From positions 32,001 to 96,000 of the forward strand of contig JBFGLM010000008.1 of the NCBI GenBank assembly GCA_041576165.1: 64,000 nucleotides of DNA. Reading direction: 5' to 3'. The notes below the pieces were generated by a model, which worked only from the letters and a program-made list of their open reading frames with translations, searched no databases and had not been told where the DNA came from. This DNA comes from Acidimicrobiia bacterium. Lineage in GTDB: Bacteria; Actinomycetota; Acidimicrobiia; Spongiisociales; Spongiisociaceae. The position numbers and the translations under genes are program-made. This document shows positions 62,467-64,000 of the stretch, piece by piece. How positions within the stretch are numbered: the first letter of the stretch is position 1; each line of letters begins with the position of its first letter.

Positions 62467-63167
62467 CGGACGCGTCGAACCCCATTCTGGTCGCGCTTGA
62501 CGTCGACTCAGCCGAGCGGGCCGTCCGCATCGGCCAGGAATTGGCGGCGGTGGTGGGGGGTTTCAAAGTCGGGCTGGAGCTCTTGATGGGTCCGGGACCG
62601 GCCCTGGTGGCCCCATTGCGGGATCTGGGACTCCCGGTCTTCGTCGATGCCAAGCTGCATGACATTCCGACCACGGTTCAGCGGGCGGCGCGCCAGATCG
62701 GACGGTGGGGAGCGAGGTGGCTGACGGTACATGCCGCCGGCGGCAGCGCCATGCTGGAGGCAGCGATAGAGGGGCTCGAGCTGGGCGCCGGCTCCAGACC
62801 GGCCGGGGTATTGGCCGTCACCGTGCTGACCAGCCTGGACGATGCGGAGCTCGCCAGGACCGGGGTTCCTCTGACCACCGGGAAGCTGGTGGCCCGCCGA
62901 GCGAGAATGGCCGACGCCGCCGGCTGCGAAGGCGTCATTTGCAGCGTGCGAGAGCTGGGAGTCGTCAGCGACGTGGCGCCGACTCTGCTCAAGGTCACTC
63001 CCGGTATCCGCCCGGAGGGAGCCGAATCGCACGATCAGGCTCGGGTGGCCCGACCCGAGGAGGCAATCGAGCGAGGGGCCGACTATCTGGTCATCGGGCG
63101 CACCATCACCCAGGCGGCGGATCCCGTTGCGGCGGCACGAACGATCCTCACGGCGCTCGAATCGTAG
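62463..63167 (+). CDS. pyrF: Orotidine-5'-phosphate decarboxylase
   Basis: VALD, KVGLEL, DAKLHDIPTT, VTVLTS, TPGIR, VIGR. Confidence 0.96.
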   Translation: MTDASNPILVALDVDSAERAVRIGQELAAVVGGFKVGLELLMGPGPALVAPLRDLGLPVFVDAKLHDIPTTVQRAARQIGRWGARWLTVHAAGGSAMLEAAIEGLELGAGSRPAGVLAVTVLTSLDDAELARTGVPLTTGKLVARRARMADAAGCEGVICSVRELGVVSDVAPTLLKVTPGIRPEGAESHDQARVARPEEAIERGADYLVIGRTITQAADPVAAARTILTALES

Positions 63168-63225
63168 GTTGGGCCTGTCCGATTGTTAGAGTTGCTTGCG
63201 CCGCCGCGGATAGGAGTGGACTCTG

Positions 63226-63537
63226 ATGGCGCCTCCGAAACTCTCTGAGGAACAGCGCGCTGCAGCACTTGCGAAAGCAGCCGAAGCGCGCCGGGTGCGG
63301 GCCGAGATCAAGGAGTTGCTGAAGACCGGAACTGTTCGTTTCTCCGAGCTGCTGGACCGGGCAGCAGACGATGACCTGGTCGCCGGCATGAAGGTGAACA
63401 CCGTGTTGTCATCTATGCCGGGCACCGGCAAGATCAAAGCCAAGCGGATGATGGAAGCGATGGGCATCGCCGACAACCGCCGGATTCGAGGTCTCGGTGA
63501 ACGCCAGCGGGCCGCCCTGCTCGAAGAGTTCTCCTGA
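63226..63537 (+). CDS. mihF: Actinobacterial integration host factor
   Basis: EQRAAALAKAAEARR.RAE.K, MPGTGK, RRIRGLG.RQR; between pyrF and gmk. Confidence 0.93.
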   Translation: MAPPKLSEEQRAAALAKAAEARRVRAEIKELLKTGTVRFSELLDRAADDDLVAGMKVNTVLSSMPGTGKIKAKRMMEAMGIADNRRIRGLGERQRAALLEEFS

Positions 63538-64000
63538 TCCCGGTCGCCTGATCGTTGTCTCCGGACCATCCGGAGTCGGCAAGTCAACCATCGTCGATCG
63601 AGTCGTCACGGCGCTCCCGCTCGAGTTCTCGGTGTCCGCCACCACGCGCGATCCCCGTCCGGGGGAGGAGCCGGGTCAGGACTATCACTTTGTGAGCCGC
63701 GAGGTGTTCGAGGTGATGATCGAAGCGGGCGAGCTGCTGGAGTGGGCCGAATACAACAGTCATCTGTATGGAACACCCCGCCGGCCGGTGCTGGAAAGTC
63801 TGGCTGCGGGATCCGATGTGCTGCTGGAGATCGAGGTTCAGGGGGCACGTCAGGTGAAAGCCGCGTACCCGGCTGCGCTCACGATCTTCATAGCTCCACC
63901 GTCGATTGAGACCCTCGAGGCCCGGCTGCGAGCTCGAGGCGACACCAGCGCTGAAGCGGTGGACCGGCGTCTTGCTATTGCGCGGGCGGAAATGGCCGCG
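63497..64000 (+). CDS. gmk: Guanylate kinase (3' end runs off the window; start uncertain)
   Basis: Not in the ORF track. Manual translation gives LIVVSGPSGVGKST, SATTR.PRPGE, LEWAEY, LLEIEVQGA, RLRARG; nearest in-frame start is GTG 63497. Confidence 0.93.
   Translation, partial: MNASGPPCSKSSPDPGRLIVVSGPSGVGKSTIVDRVVTALPLEFSVSATTRDPRPGEEPGQDYHFVSREVFEVMIEAGELLEWAEYNSHLYGTPRRPVLESLAAGSDVLLEIEVQGARQVKAAYPAALTIFIAPPSIETLEARLRARGDTSAEAVDRRLAIARAEMAA

Overview
High-GC actinobacterial chromosome segment, most likely class Acidimicrobiia (inferred from mshD, pgsA-patA-pimA and mihF plus gene order). It is mostly the conserved housekeeping backbone: thrS, PIM biosynthesis, pdxST, yebC, ruvCAB, queA-tgt, yajC-secDF, apt, relA, hisS, aspS, rarA, alaS, ruvX, mltG, aroE, aroC, aroB, efp, nusB, the pyr operon, mihF and gmk. 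A type IVa-like pilus system without a visible secretin is inserted in two pieces. A three-gene minor pilin/adhesin cluster lies at 25.2-29.4 kb, and a machinery cluster lies at 39.9-50.8 kb (DUF4388 protein, pilB, a pilT fused to an N-terminal MshEN-like domain, pilC, two pilins, pilD, pilMNO and a PilP-position gene). Both pieces share FliA/WhiG (sigma-28)-type promoter motifs and a GGTGACTAG motif, suggesting one regulon. Other notable points are an APH-fold protein with its catalytic residues replaced, a probable CTG start for rarA, a SOS-box-like site over the ruvC start, a PyrR-binding leader, a 66-bp tandem repeat in pilO and a short repeat flanking pilMNOP. No rRNA, tRNA, CRISPR array, transposase or phage gene was recognised. 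All calls come from reading the sequence and motifs; no database search was run.
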